The position numbers and the translations under genes are program-made. 64,000 nucleotides of DNA from Malacoraja senta (taxonomy: Eukaryota): contig CM075993.1 in the NCBI GenBank assembly GCA_038087875.1, positions 6,946,001 to 7,010,000 on the forward strand, given 5' to 3'. Below, in pieces: positions 23,163-35,573 of the stretch. The number at the start of each line of letters is the position of its first letter. Position 1 is the first letter of the stretch. Below the pieces are notes generated by a model. That model had not been told where the DNA came from. It ran no database searches and saw nothing but the letters and a program-made list of their open reading frames with translations.

Positions 23163-25046
23163 CTAGACAAACTGGTCACACGGGAGGCCTGGTCCCCCAA
23201 CGCAACCCGTTCCCCTTATTCCAGCACTCACCCATAGCCGATAACTGCGCAGGGGCTGCTCATTTTGCCTGATTCAGCCTCCCTCATTTTTAAACTTTAA
23301 AAAAATACTAGACCAAGGGGGACCCGTTGGGTCCCGTCCCCTCAACGCGCAGTTGCGGAGGATTGGCCTGCGGCGTCACACACACACACTGTGGAGGGGG
23401 ATGAGAGAGGGGGGAAGGGGGTGGGAGGAGGAGGGGGGGAGACGGGGGAGAGGGAGTAGAGAAGGGGAGGGGGAGGGGAAGAGGGGGAGGGGGGAGAGGG
23501 GGAGGTTGGGGGGAGTTGGGGAGGGCTGGAGGGGGTGCAGAGGGGGGAGGGGGAGAGAGAGAAGGGGAGAGAGCGGGGAAGGGGGAGAGAGGGAAGGGAG
23601 GGGGAGGGAGATGGAGGGGGAGGGGGAGAGGGAGGGTGAGAGTCGAGGAAGGGGGTGAGAGGGGAAGGGGGGAGGAGGGGGGGAGTGGGGTGGGCTGGAG
23701 GGGGGAAAGGGGGGGAGGGGGAGAGAGAGGAGTGGAGAGAGAGGGGGAAGGGGGGAGAGAGTGGGGAGTGGGGAGAAGGGAGAGTGGCGGGGAAGCGAGA
23801 GTAAAGGGGAAGAGGAGGGGGAAAGAAGAAGGGGGGGAGAGGAGGGGAGAGAGAGGAGGGGAGAGAGGAGGTGGGGAGAGAGGAGGTGGGGAGAGAGCAC
23901 TTGCTAGGGCGAGCAGAACTCATTGTACTTGGATACCAACAATGCTGCGAGCAGGGCTAAGCACAGGGCTATGCACAGGGGAAAAGCTGTTTTTTTTCCG
24001 TTTCTGCATATTTGTGAACATTTTCATTAAAAAAAATAATAACTCGGGAAATAATGCATCAAATTTTCAGATGAGACGATTTTTGACATCATGGCGTAAA
24101 TCTCTATCGGAATATGTAAAAATTTCACCGTTAGCGCGTCGTGTTTTTGAGGAGATGTGAAACGCAGACGAACACACAAATACACAAATAAATACACACA
24201 CATCCAAGATCAGAGTTTTATAAGTATACTAGACCAAGAGCAGACCCGTTGGGTCTGGACCCCGAACGTGCTTCAGACCCCGGGGCGAAAATCGCTCGCG
24301 AAAGAAAAAAATGGCGGCCTTTTTGGAGCAGAGCCGGTCGGCAGCAGCCGTTATGGTGGCTGGCCAGCAGGAGGAGACAAAATGAGTGAGTGGGGGGGGG
24401 GGGGGGGGAGAAGGATTTTATTAAAAATGTGTACATAAACACGACGAAATTTAATCAGGAGTGGATACTTGGAATGAAAAGTGAAATCTCTACCGAAATG
24501 GAAACAATCTCGGCGTTTCTGCGTGTGGTGTTGGCGTAGCAACGAATCAAAAGAAGGCTGGCACCCACAAGACAGGCAGAAACACACACACAAGGCAGAA
24601 ACACACACACACACACACACACAGAGTTTTAAATACTAGACCAAGAGCAGACCCGTTGGGTCTGGACCCCGAACGTGCTTCAGACCCCGGGGTCTGGTTC
24701 CCGAGCGTGCTTCAGATTTTTTTTAAATTGCGTCGTTTTTGGAGCAGAGCCGGGCGGCAGCAGCCGTTATGGTGGCTGGCCAGCAGGAGGAGACAAAATG
24801 AGTGAGTGGGGGGGGGGGGGGAGAAGGATTTTATTAAAAATGTGTACATAAACACGACGAAATTTAATCAGGAGTGGATACTTGGAATGAAAAGTGATAT
24901 CTCTACCGAAATGGAAAAAATCTCGGCTATTTTGCGTGTGGTGTTGGCGTAGCAACAAATCAAAGGCTGGCTGGCACTCACAAGACAGGCAGAAACACAC
25001 ACACACACACACAGAAACACACACACACACAGTTTTAAAGATAGAT
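23163..25046 (-). mobile_element. Cluster of non-autonomous Helitrons, head-to-tail
   Basis: CTAG termini at 23163, 23308, 24229 and 24636. The last three are preceded on minus by a hairpin such as GGGACCC-AAC-GGGTCCC or CAGACCC-AAC-GGGTCTG. No TSD. Confidence 0.75.
23391..23897. repeat. Polypurine G-rich low-complexity tract inside Helitron
   Basis: Almost pure G/A on plus. Confidence 0.95.
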
Positions 25047-25951
25047 AGTGAGGGAAGTCAATGTTCATACCGCTGTGGTATAAGCTGCCCAAGCGAAATA
25101 TGAGGTGCTGTTACTCCAATTTGCGCTGGGCCTCACTCTGATAATGGAGGACAGAAAGGTCAGTGTGGGAATGGGAGGGGGAGTTAAAGTGTTGAGCAAC
25201 CGGGAGATCAGGGAGGTTTAGGCGGACTGAGAGGAGGTGTTCAAAGAAATGATCGCCGAGCCTGCGCTTGGTCTCACCGATATACAGGAGTCCACACCTG
25301 GAACAGCAGATACAGTAGATGAGGTTGGAGAAAATGCAAGTGAACCTCTGCCTCACCTGAAAAGACTGTCGGGATCCTTGGACGGAGTCAAGAGGGGAGG
25401 TATAGGGACAGGAGTTGCATCTCCTGCGGTTGCAGGGTAAAGTACCTGGGGAGGGGGTGGTTTGGGTGGGAAGGGATCGGTTGACCAGGGAGTTGCGGAG
25501 GGAACGGTCTCTGTGGAAAGAGGTGGGGATTGGAAGATGTGGCTAGTAGTGGGATCCTGTTGGAGGTGGCGAAAAAGTCAGAGGATTATGTGCTGTATGC
25601 GACAGTTGATGGAGTGGAAGGTGAGGACAAGGGGGACTCTGTCCTTGTTACGAATGGGGGGAGGGGGAGCAAGAGCAGAGCTGTGGGATATCGAGAAGAC
25701 CCTAGTGAGGGCCTCACCTATAATGGAAGAGGGGAACCCCCTTTCCCTAAAGAATGAGGACATCTCCGATGACCTGGTATGGATCACCTCATACCAGGGC
25801 GCAGATGCGGCGCAGATGGAGGAATTGGGAGTAGGGGATAGTCTTTACAGGAAGCAGGGTGGGAAGAAGTGTAGTCTAGATAGCTATGGGTCATTGAGTT
25901 TATGATAGATGTCAGTCGATAGTCTGCTTCCTGTGATGGATACGGTGAGAT
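25047..25951 (-). mobile_element. Penelope-like element fragment (RT C-terminus and GIY-YIG endonuclease), degraded
   Basis: RQRFTC..NLIYCICCSRCGLLYIGETKRRLGDHFFEH, RVPLVLTFH, LSTDIYHK. Confidence 0.88.
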
Positions 25952-26250
25952 CTAGGAATAGGAATACTTTATTGTCACATGTGAGTAGGCAGTGAGATTC
26001 TTTGCTTGCATACACAATGTATAGAAATAACAGCCACCTATGGGCCTGAAAAGTTACAAAGCATGCCGGCTCCCCCTTTTGTCCCCACCCCCCCCCCCCC
26101 CCCCAACAGTTCCCCCACACCGGGTCCTCCATTGTTCTTCCCCTCCCCCCTCACGGTGGTCCCACCATGCTCTCATCGACCGTCGACCGCGGGTCGCCCC
26201 ACGAAACATCGCCGCTGCCGCGAGGCTTCACCACCGTCGAGGCCCCAACA

Positions 26251-27350
26251 TCATATAGAAACATAGAAAATAGGCACAGGAGTAGGCCATTCGGCCCTTA
26301 GAGCCTGCACCGCCATTCAATTTGATCATGGCTGATCATCCAACTCAGTATCCTGTACCTGCCTTCTCTCCATACCCCCTGATCCCTTTAGCCACAAGGG
26401 CCATATCTAACTCCCTCTTAAATATAGCCAATGAACTGGCCTCAACTACCTTCTGTGGCAGAGAATTCCACAGATTCACCACTCTCTGTGTAAAAAATGA
26501 TTTTCTCATCTCGGTCCTAAAAGACTTCCCCCTTATCCTTAAACTGTGACCCCTTGTTCTGGACTCCCTCTATGGCAAGAATGTCTTTTCTCAGATTTGG
26601 AGACCAAAACTGTACGCAATACTCCAGGTGTGGTCTCACCAAGACCCTGTACAACTGCAGTAGAACCTCCCTGCTCTTATACTCAAATCCTTTTGCTATG
26701 AATGCTAACATACCATTCGCTTTCTTCATTGCCTGCTGCACCTGCATGCCTACTTTCAATGACTGGTGTACCATGACACCCAGGTCTCGTTGCATCTCCC
26801 CTTTTCCTAATCGGCCACCATTCGGATAATAGTCTACTTTCCTGTTTTTGCCACCAAAGTGGATAACCTCACATTTATCCACATTATACTGCATCTGCCA
26901 TGCATTTGCCCACTCACCCAACCTATCCAAGTCACCTTGCAGCCTCCTAGCATCCTCCTCACAGCTAACACTGCCCCCCAGCTTTGTGTCATCCGCAAAC
27001 TTGGAGATGTTGCATTCAATTCCCTCATCCAGATCATTAATATATATTGTAAATAGCTGGGGTCCCAGCACTGAGCCTTGCGGTACCCCACTAGTCACTG
27101 CCTGCCATTCTGAAAAGGACCCGTTTACTCCTACTCTTTGCTTCCTGTCTGCCAGCCAGTTCTCTATCCACATCAATACTGAACCCCCAATACCGTGTGC
27201 TTTAAGTTTGTATACTAATCTCTTATGTGGGACCTTGTCGAAAGCCTTCTGAAAGTCCAGATATAACACATCCACTGGTTCTCCCTTATCCACTCTACTA
27301 GTTACATCCTCGAAAAATTCTGTAAGATTCGTCAGACATGATTTACCTAT
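26251..27350 (-). mobile_element. CR1 LINE RT fragment with internal deletion
   Basis: ORF with YLDFQKAFDKV, GVPQGSVLGP, KFADDTK; jumps from IEGVQ directly to the RTRGHS region near 26565; (TTTCTATG) tail. Confidence 0.93.
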
Positions 27351-27828
27351 CATAAGCTTCACCGCTGCCACCGCCAAGGCCTAACGGCTGTCAACGCCCC
27401 ACTTCACGCCTCCTTAGTGCCGACCCAGGCTCCAGCCGCGGGCTCCGTCGGTCGCTTCGCCCCACCCGGGCTTCTACCCGCGAGGTCCCGGCCGGGCCCC
27501 GACTCGGGCTTCTACGCGGCAATCCGGGAGGCATCGAGACCACGGTGCCTCGATGGGGCAGTGTCGGAGATGGTCCAAGTGAATTTGAGTGCAGGAGGGA
27601 AATTAGTAGGAAAGTTAATGGTCAGTGAGTTCTGCATGGGTGCAGGAGGTAGTCAATGTAGTGGAGGTAGAGTTCAGGGATAGGGCCGGTGTACACCTGG
27701 AACAGTGATTGTTCAACGTACCTTACAAAGAGGCAGATATACCTGGGGCCCATGCAAGTACCCATAGCCACGCCTTTGAATTGGTGGAAGTGGGAGGAGT
27801 CGAAGGAGAGTTTGCCAAACTACTTTGA

Positions 27829-28136
27829 GCGGCACGGTGGTATAGCAGTAGAGCTACTGCCTTATAGTGTATGAGACCCGGATTCGATCCTGACTACAGG
27901 TGCTTGTCTATATGGAATTTGTACGTTCTCCCTGTAACCGCTTGGGTTTTCTCCGAGATCTTCGGTTTCTTCCCACACTCCAAAGACGTCCAGGTTTGTA
28001 GGTTAATTGGCTTTGTATAAATGTAATTTGCCCCTAGTGTGTGTAGGATAGTGCTAGTGAGCAAGGATTGCTGGTTTGATGCGGACTCGGTGGACCGAAG
28101 GGCCTGTTTTGTGCTGTATCTCTAAACTAAACTAAA
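27829..28136 (+). mobile_element. tRNA-derived V-SINE (HE1-like)
   Basis: tRNA-like head, V-domain, (CTAAA)n tail. Confidence 0.88.
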
Positions 28137-30736
28137 AAACTATACGGCAGTAGATTGTTCGCATTTTTTAATCTAGGTATTCACAAGCTTCACAACAAGC
28201 ATTTGAAATGAATCAACAAAGCAACGTCAGTCACGTGATATGCATACTTTGTAACCAGTCACTAAACTAATTGCTGGACCCCAAGGCAGATATTTCCATA
28301 GATCTTTGGTATAAATCCAGACTGAATCAATACTCTAAAATCTGTATTCCATATTGAGAAATTAGTTGATAACAAATCTAAGGCAAGAAAACACCACAAT
28401 GCTTATGTGTAGACACAATGAAATCCACAGTCACATGTCCCATGTTATAATTTATTTTTTATTTTTAATTTTAATATTTAAAACACACACATTTGTGATG
28501 CAACTATTTTTTTAAATAAACTTTAGAGTGTTTATTTGCCAAATTCCCGTCACACTGCAAACCCAAGGGTAGCATATATATTTCTGTATTTATTTTGTTT
28601 CATGTATAAGGTACTGTTTCACTGTGTAACCCAGAAGCAGCAGAAGGCATAATGATGCCAACACAAACTAAAAACTGAACAGCTAGCTAGGAATTTGTGT
28701 ACATAATCAGTCTGGCACTACAGTGCAGTTGTGAGACGATTCTGCATCATCACAGATACTGTCTTTCAGCTGAGAGTTTAAACAGAGGCTCAATAGCGCC
28801 CAGCAAGTAGAAACATTTCCCAGGAAAACCTGCAAAGAAAAATAAGATATATCTTCCAGGTGTTTTGGCGAAATTTAGCCCTTAATAAAAAGCACAAATC
28901 AAGTTCAAGTTCAAGTGAGTTTATTGTCGTGTGTCCCTGATAGGACAATGAAATTCTTGCTTTGCTTCAGCACAACAGAACAGATCAGTGTGTCCATATA
29001 TCATTATATAAATATATACACACATGAATAAATAAACTGATAAAGTGCAAATAAACAGATAATGGGCTATTAATGTTCATAGTTTTGTCCGAGCCAAGTT
29101 TAATAATCTGGTGCTTATCCCATTGCTGTTTGCAAGCCCTAGCTGTCCAGAAATTAACTAACATGTTTCATGATGTTTCTTTCCTGAGTACGTATATGAA
29201 CAAGCAAATTATCTGTTTTCTTCGTCATATGAATGATAAATATTGGCCTGGATGCCAGCAATAACCTTTCTGCACTCCATGAGATATTTACACTTGCCTG
29301 CAAAAACAGAGGGTGCCTAGGGTGAACTGCACGCAACAAACGTGAACATATAATAGTCACATTGTAAATCTCCTGGAGCAGATAAGCACAAACTAATCCA
29401 TAAAATTAATAGATTAAAACAGAAATTTTGGAGTGCTCTACTGACATGTTTACTTTTAAATAGTATGAGGTGAATATGCCTTGACACAAGATTATAATGT
29501 TGCCTAATTAGACAGGATGGATAAAACGACTGAAAGATGATCAAAATATGCACTTGTGTTATTCATTCTCTCCGGGTGAATTTCCCAATGTTGATTAAAG
29601 TCATTTGCAGATGTCTAACTTTTCCAGTCGTGATATTAATACAATTTGTACAACACAAAATTCTGTTTCCATCACAGGACCTCAGTACATGTGATGATAA
29701 TAAACCTACACCTATCCTTCACACTCAAGGTTAGGATTGAACCTACAGAAGGTCTCTGGAGCGATCAGGTAGTGTATGCCCATTCTGTCTGTGATCCTGT
29801 GGTTTTCTGGCTGGTCTAAATTTTTCCCACATCCTAAAGACATGTAGACAAGTTAACTGACCACTTCAAGTTAATACTTGATGCAAGTTAATGGCAATAA
29901 GAATCAAAGAAAAATGGTGAGAGCGAACAAATTGCAGGGGTTCAAGGAGAAAAAAGGTGGTGCTAGGGGGGAGACTAATGGGACTGCTCCCCTAATGACA
30001 GCCTTTTATTGCAATTTATCAGCCTGCATCACTATAAATTTAGCAAAACTAACCTCGCCAACCATATTTTACCCTACTAATTCAGAGCTCATTCAAGTAA
30101 TGTCGTCTTATTCCTCATCCACATCAGTTAAAGATGAAGTTAAAGTGAACACAGAACAAATTAATTATATTTTCTATAATCCAGACTTACTTCATTCTTA
30201 CTTCGTATCCCTAACTTTGCATTGCCATTTTATTTTAAATAGTAAGTTATACTCTATTTCTATAAAGTTCTGGTTAGAAGATAACTGGTGCAGTTCTAAA
30301 CACTGAACTTCAAAGAGTAAACAGAGGATGCCTAGGTCCTCAGTGGTGTTAAATTATGAAAAACAGTTTGCCAAGTATATGTTCCTTGTACTGGATGCAA
30401 CTTACACCAAACTCTATTGTGCTTATAATAAATATACCTGTTCAAATATTTTTATGCAGACATGAACAAGTTTCTAGAGTTGGGTTACATAAAAACTTTC
30501 AATAAAAACAAAATTATAACTTGGCAACTGTTACAAGCTTCCTGCTATGGGTCACCTTTGAATGCATGGTTTCTGTGTCAGCCATTCAGATGAATTATGA
30601 GAACAATTATATCGTGTTGTTATATAACCATTGCTGGATTGGAAGCATGAATGGCAATTCCCTTGTTTACAATTGTACCTGCTCCCGGCTGACAAATTGT
30701 AATTGTAATTGTAATTGATTTTTTATTAGCCAAGTA

Positions 30737-31343
30737 TGAAAACAAAACAAGTGTGGCGCCATTAGGCCAGTGATAGATCGAACCCTTGTTAGTAGAACTG
30801 GATCGGGCACGTGACTGCGTTTGGCGGGAAGATGACGTCATGAGTCACGGATGTGCACAACTGCAACTGCAGAGACTCATAGATACATAGATACATAGAT
30901 ACATAGAAAATAGGTGCAGGAGTAGGCCATTCGGCCCTTCGAGCCTGCACCGCCATTCAATATGATCATGGCTGATCATCCAACTCAGTATCCCGTACCT
31001 GCCTTCTCTCCATACCCCCTGATCCCTTTAGCCACAAGGGCCACATCTAACTCCCTCTTAAATATAGCCAATGAACTGGCCTCAACTACCCTCTGTGGCA
31101 GAGAGTTCCAGAGATTCACCACTCTCTGTGTGAAAAAGTTTTTCCTCATCTCGGTCTTAAAGGATTTCCCCCTTATCCTTAAGCTGTGACCCCTTGTCCT
31201 GGACTTCCCCAACATCGGGAATAATCTTCCTGCATCTAGCCTGTCCAACCCGTGTCAGTGAGTGCTCACTCTCAGCGCGCGAGTATCTGACTGTATCTGC
31301 CAATAAAGATCACTTTGTTCTCAATTGTGTGTCTCGCTATACA
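30737..31343 (+). mobile_element. Probable solo LTR (Gypsy-like) containing a CR1 insertion
   Basis: TG...CA ends, 4-bp TSD AGTA (30733-30736, 31344-31347), AATAAA at 31302; interrupts a minus-strand retroelement tail (30697-31975). Confidence 0.55.
30878..31250 (-). mobile_element. CR1 LINE 3' fragment
   Basis: DRLDAGRLFPMLGKSRTRGHSLRI...; (TATCTATG)n tail. Confidence 0.92.
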
Positions 31344-32186
31344 AGTATGTAAATCACACGAGGAATTTGATCTGCCATACAGTCATACCAAAGCAACAAA
31401 ACATGCAACCACATAAAAATTTAACATAAACATCCATCACAGCGGCTCCTCCACATTCCTCACTGTGATGGAAGGCAATAAAGTCTTATTTAATTTCCTC
31501 CTTTTTCTTCCGGGGTCGGGGGAATCGAACCATCCGCATAGTCGGCAATCAAGCTCCCACGTCGGGGCGATCGAAGCTCCTGCAGCTTGGAACTCCCGAA
31601 GCCGGTCCCAAACCAGGGAACGCGAGCTCCATGATGTTAAAGTCTGCAGGCTTTGAGTTTCCGAGGTCGATCTCTGGCAAAGGAACCGCCATCTCCGAGA
31701 TGTTAAATCTGCATGCTCCCGCGGTTGGAGCTCCCAAGGTCGATCCCCAGCAAGAGGCCGCCAGCGCCACGATGTTAGGCCGCAGTGCAGACGGAGATAC
31801 GATAAGGAAAAAGTCGCATCTCCGTCAAGGAAAAAGATAAAAAAAGTTTCCCCCCACCCTCCCTCCACCCCCCACATAATACAAACTAAAGATACACTAA
31901 AACAACATTTACTGTAACTACAGAAGAGAGAAATGGATGAGGCAGACTGTTGGCGAGGCAGCATTGTACGACGCCACCCGGCATTGAGCCTCCAAACCAC
32001 TCTGTCCCGTGACTCCAAAGGACCCAAATTGTTTTTCTTTCCCCCTCCAGCATAACATCCATGACCATCACAGCACAACTCCCAACCATTCTTTCCACCC
32101 AACCTCCCCTATACCCCACATCCATGCTGGTTCTATCTCCCCACCCAACCACTAAACAAGCCCAGTTCATTCTATAAAGTAGAAAC

Positions 32187-32725
32187 GGCGGCACGGTGGC
32201 GCAGCAGTAGAGTTGCTGCCTTGCAGCGCCAAATACCCGGGTTTGATCCTGACTATGGGTGCCAATTTCGGGCGGTTAAGGTGGCGCAGCGGTAGAGTTG
32301 CTGCCTTACAGCGAATATAGCGCCGGAGACCCGGGTTCGGTCCCGACTACGGGTTCTGTCTGTATGGAGTTTGTACGTTCTCCCCGTGACCTCGTGGGTT
32401 TTCTCCGAGATCTTCAGTTTCCTCCCACACTCCAAAGACATACAGGTTTGCAGGTTAATTGGCTTGGTAAATGTAAAAATTGTCCCCAGTAGGTGTAGGA
32501 TGGTGATCATGTGCGTGGATCGCTGGTTGGCGCGGACCCGGTGGGCCGAAGGGCCTGTTTCTCTAAACTAATCTAAACTAAACTAAACGTGCAGGTTTGT
32601 AGGTTAATTGGCTTCTGAAGATTATCCCTAGTGTGTAGGATAGAACTTGTGTACGGGGATTGCTAGTCGTCAAGGACTCGGTGGATCAAAGGGCTGTTTC
32701 CACGCTGTATCTCTATCTAAACTAA
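32187..32725 (+). mobile_element. V-SINE nested within another V-SINE
   Basis: Two tRNA-like heads (32187, ~32270) and two (CTAAA)n tails (~32587, ~32725); the outer copy lacks its V-domain. Confidence 0.8.
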
Positions 32726-34257
32726 AAAAAAAACAAGGAACTGCAGATGCTGGTTACTAAGGGAGAGACACAAAATCCTGTAGTAACTCAGTAGGTCGGG
32801 CAGGATATCTGGAGAACATGGATAGGTGAGGTTTGGGGGGGGAACAAAAGGGGAAGCCGGCGTGCTTTGTAACTTTGTCAGCGCTGTAGGTGACTGCTAT
32901 GTGTATACATTGTGCATACAAGCAAAGAATCTCACAGTGCCTAGTCACATGTGACATTAAAGTATTCCTATTCCTCAGACTGATCTCTGAGGAAAGGTCC
33001 CGACCCACAAATGTCACTTCCCCATGTTCTCCAGGGATCCTGTCTGGCCCGCTGAGTTACTGCAGCACTTTATGTTTTCCATGTTCATTTTACCAACTTT
33101 GCCCGATCATCTACCATGACCATTCAACAACACCCAATTGGGTAACACGTGAAAAAACAAGGAAATTGAGGATAAATCATAAGAGCGATTTTCATAATAT
33201 TCTTGTGTAAAAATGTTATCTGTGTAGTTCCCAGTAGCAAAAGCTAGGAAAGTTCACTGCTGCTCGTCACTGTTGCTGTGAAGCACGAGAAGGCAATTAA
33301 AGCAACTCTCCCTAAAAGGCAGCCACAGAATGACTACAGTAAAGGCTGCATGGAGGTGACGGAAAAAGTAGAGAAGGGTCGATACATGATTCCTGAATTT
33401 CACCTCCCACATCCTATCCTCCACAATGCCATAGATGCCATAGAGTCCTGTGAGGATGCCATAGAGTCCAAACCACACAGGAAAAGGCCCTGAGGCTCAG
33501 CGTTCAAATTGATTATCATGTACCCATCTATGCTAATCCTATTCTAACCACATTTTATTCTCCCCACATCCTCATCAACTTCTTCAGATTCTACCACTCG
33601 CCTGTTCACTCGGGACATTTTACAGAGGCGATTTAGCTTTCCAGCCTGTACATCTTTGAGATGTGGAAGAAAGTGGAACTTCCAGAGAAATCTATGCATC
33701 GCAAGGAGAACATGCAAACTCCACACAGGGTTAACTGGGGTCATGAATTGAAAATGGAGCACAGAAGATATGTACCAGCAGCTGTACTAGCCTGGCCACG
33801 GTGTCACCCGTATCTGTCTATACAGATCTTAGTTCTGTGATGTATGGCCACACACCACTGTAAAGCACTGACTTACCATTCTGACAGAGATAACAGCCTG
33901 CATCAATGCTGGACATTACGTATAACAGGACACCAAGCAATGCTGTTTGAAATGTGCCAAGTGATTAAAAATTAAGACTGACAGAAACTGTGGGGCCAAT
34001 ATGTCGCAGCGCCTGTTTTAGTGAATGAAATGCATTAAAATCTCATTTCTATCAGTCCTCATGGAAAAGGGCCCTGTGCACCACAAGATATCATTAGATG
34101 CATGCCTGATGAGCGGCAAATGTTAGATGCACTGCAATGAATCTTGATGGTGGCTTATCAACCTGAAAATACTGCACAATCAAACATATGCAAAATGGCT
34201 TTTATGCATAAATCGTGCATAGAAAAGTGCATAAATAGGTCTGATCTCCAGATAACA

Positions 34258-34406
34258 GAAGACGCAAAGTGCTGGAGTAACTCAGCGGGACAGGTTGCAT
34301 CTCTGGAGAGATTCCTTCTCTCCAGAGATGCTGCTTGTCCCACTTAATTATTCCAGCTTTTTGTGTCTACCTTCGATTAAACCAGCAACTGCAGTTATTT
34401 CCTACA
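34258..34406. mobile_element. Short inverted dimer of Penelope-associated repeat
   Basis: GCTGGAGTAA...GCATCTCTGGAGAGA / TCTCTCCAGAGATGC...TTATTCCAGC. Confidence 0.65.
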
Positions 34407-34825
34407 CTCTAGATAATGAATGGTTTCAGGTACAGATTAATAACGACTTATTGAATGGTGGAGCAGATTCAGGGGCTGAATGATAAACTCCTATTTGCTT
34501 TGTTAAAATTAATTCTTAGCCTTGACGTGGGTTTGTCTACATTATTCACTTTTGTAAGATATGCTGTCAAGGCCATGGAATCACAAAACATTCTGTTATG
34601 TCTTTCATATAATCACCAAGGATGGATGGTATCTTTACATACTTTAATACGTGTTTAATCACGTGCCAAATAATTTAAAAACTCTTAACTATTAACATTA
34701 ATGGAATTGGAGAGGCTTTCGTTCACTGAGCTTAAAGATTCATCGCCTTCGGGATGAAGACATTTCTCTTCATCTCTATCTTGATGGTTGACCCACTATT
34801 TTGAGACAGTAACACTTGTTGCAAA

Positions 34826-35573
34826 CCCAGAGGGTCTTCATCAATGGGATAGTGGTGGAGAGAGTCAAGAATTCCTAGGTGTGCATATCTCCAAAGAACT
34901 GTCCTGGACCCAGCAGACTGATGCAATCTTAAAAAAAGGCCCATCAACGCCTCTAGCTCCTCAGAAGATTGAGGAGAATGAATACTCTCCTGAACCTCTA
35001 TAGGTGTACAGTAGAGAGCATATTGACTGGTTGCATCAAGGTCTGGTTCGACAATTCGAGTGACCAGGAACGAAGAAGATTGCAAAAAGTGATGAACACT
35101 ACCCTGTCCATCACTGGCCTCCCCATCATCGAAAGGATCTACAGGTCGCTCAAAAAGGCAGCCAGCATCATCAAAGACCCACACCACCCCAGTCATGCTC
35201 TCATTTCATGCCTGCCATCGGGGAAAAGGTATAGGAGCCTGAAAACTGTAACATCATGTTCAGGGGAAGCTTCTTCCCAACAAACCATTACGTTATTAAA
35301 CACAACAACCTATAAAATAAGCTCCAAACTACATAGACTCGGGGAGGCATTGTTTTTGTCTTTGCACTATTAGAGTCATCACGTCATACAGCACCGAAAC
35401 AGGCCCTTTGGTCCAGCATGCCCATGACGACCAAGATACCCCACCTACACTAGTCCTACCTGCCCTAGTTTGGTGTTTATAGAGTACTATGTTTACATAT
35501 CTGTTGTCCTGCTGCAAGTAAGAATTTCATTATTCCATTTCAGGACACCTAACAATAAAACTCTTGACTTGAC
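34826..35573 (+). mobile_element. Older Rex1/Babar-like LINE 3' fragment
   Basis: LYRCTVESILTGCIKVWF, AASIIKDPHHP, LPSGKRYRSLKT. Confidence 0.78.

Noticed and set aside
23342..24160. Long Pro-rich and Gly/Glu/Arg-rich ORFs
   Set aside because: Artefacts of a G-rich low-complexity tract lacking stop codons.
32270..32350. tRNA gene-like sequence
   Set aside because: It is the tRNA-derived head of a V-SINE; continues into the V-domain and tail.
33254..33493. Short ORFs on both strands in unique sequence
   Set aside because: No recognisable protein motif or convincing splice pair.
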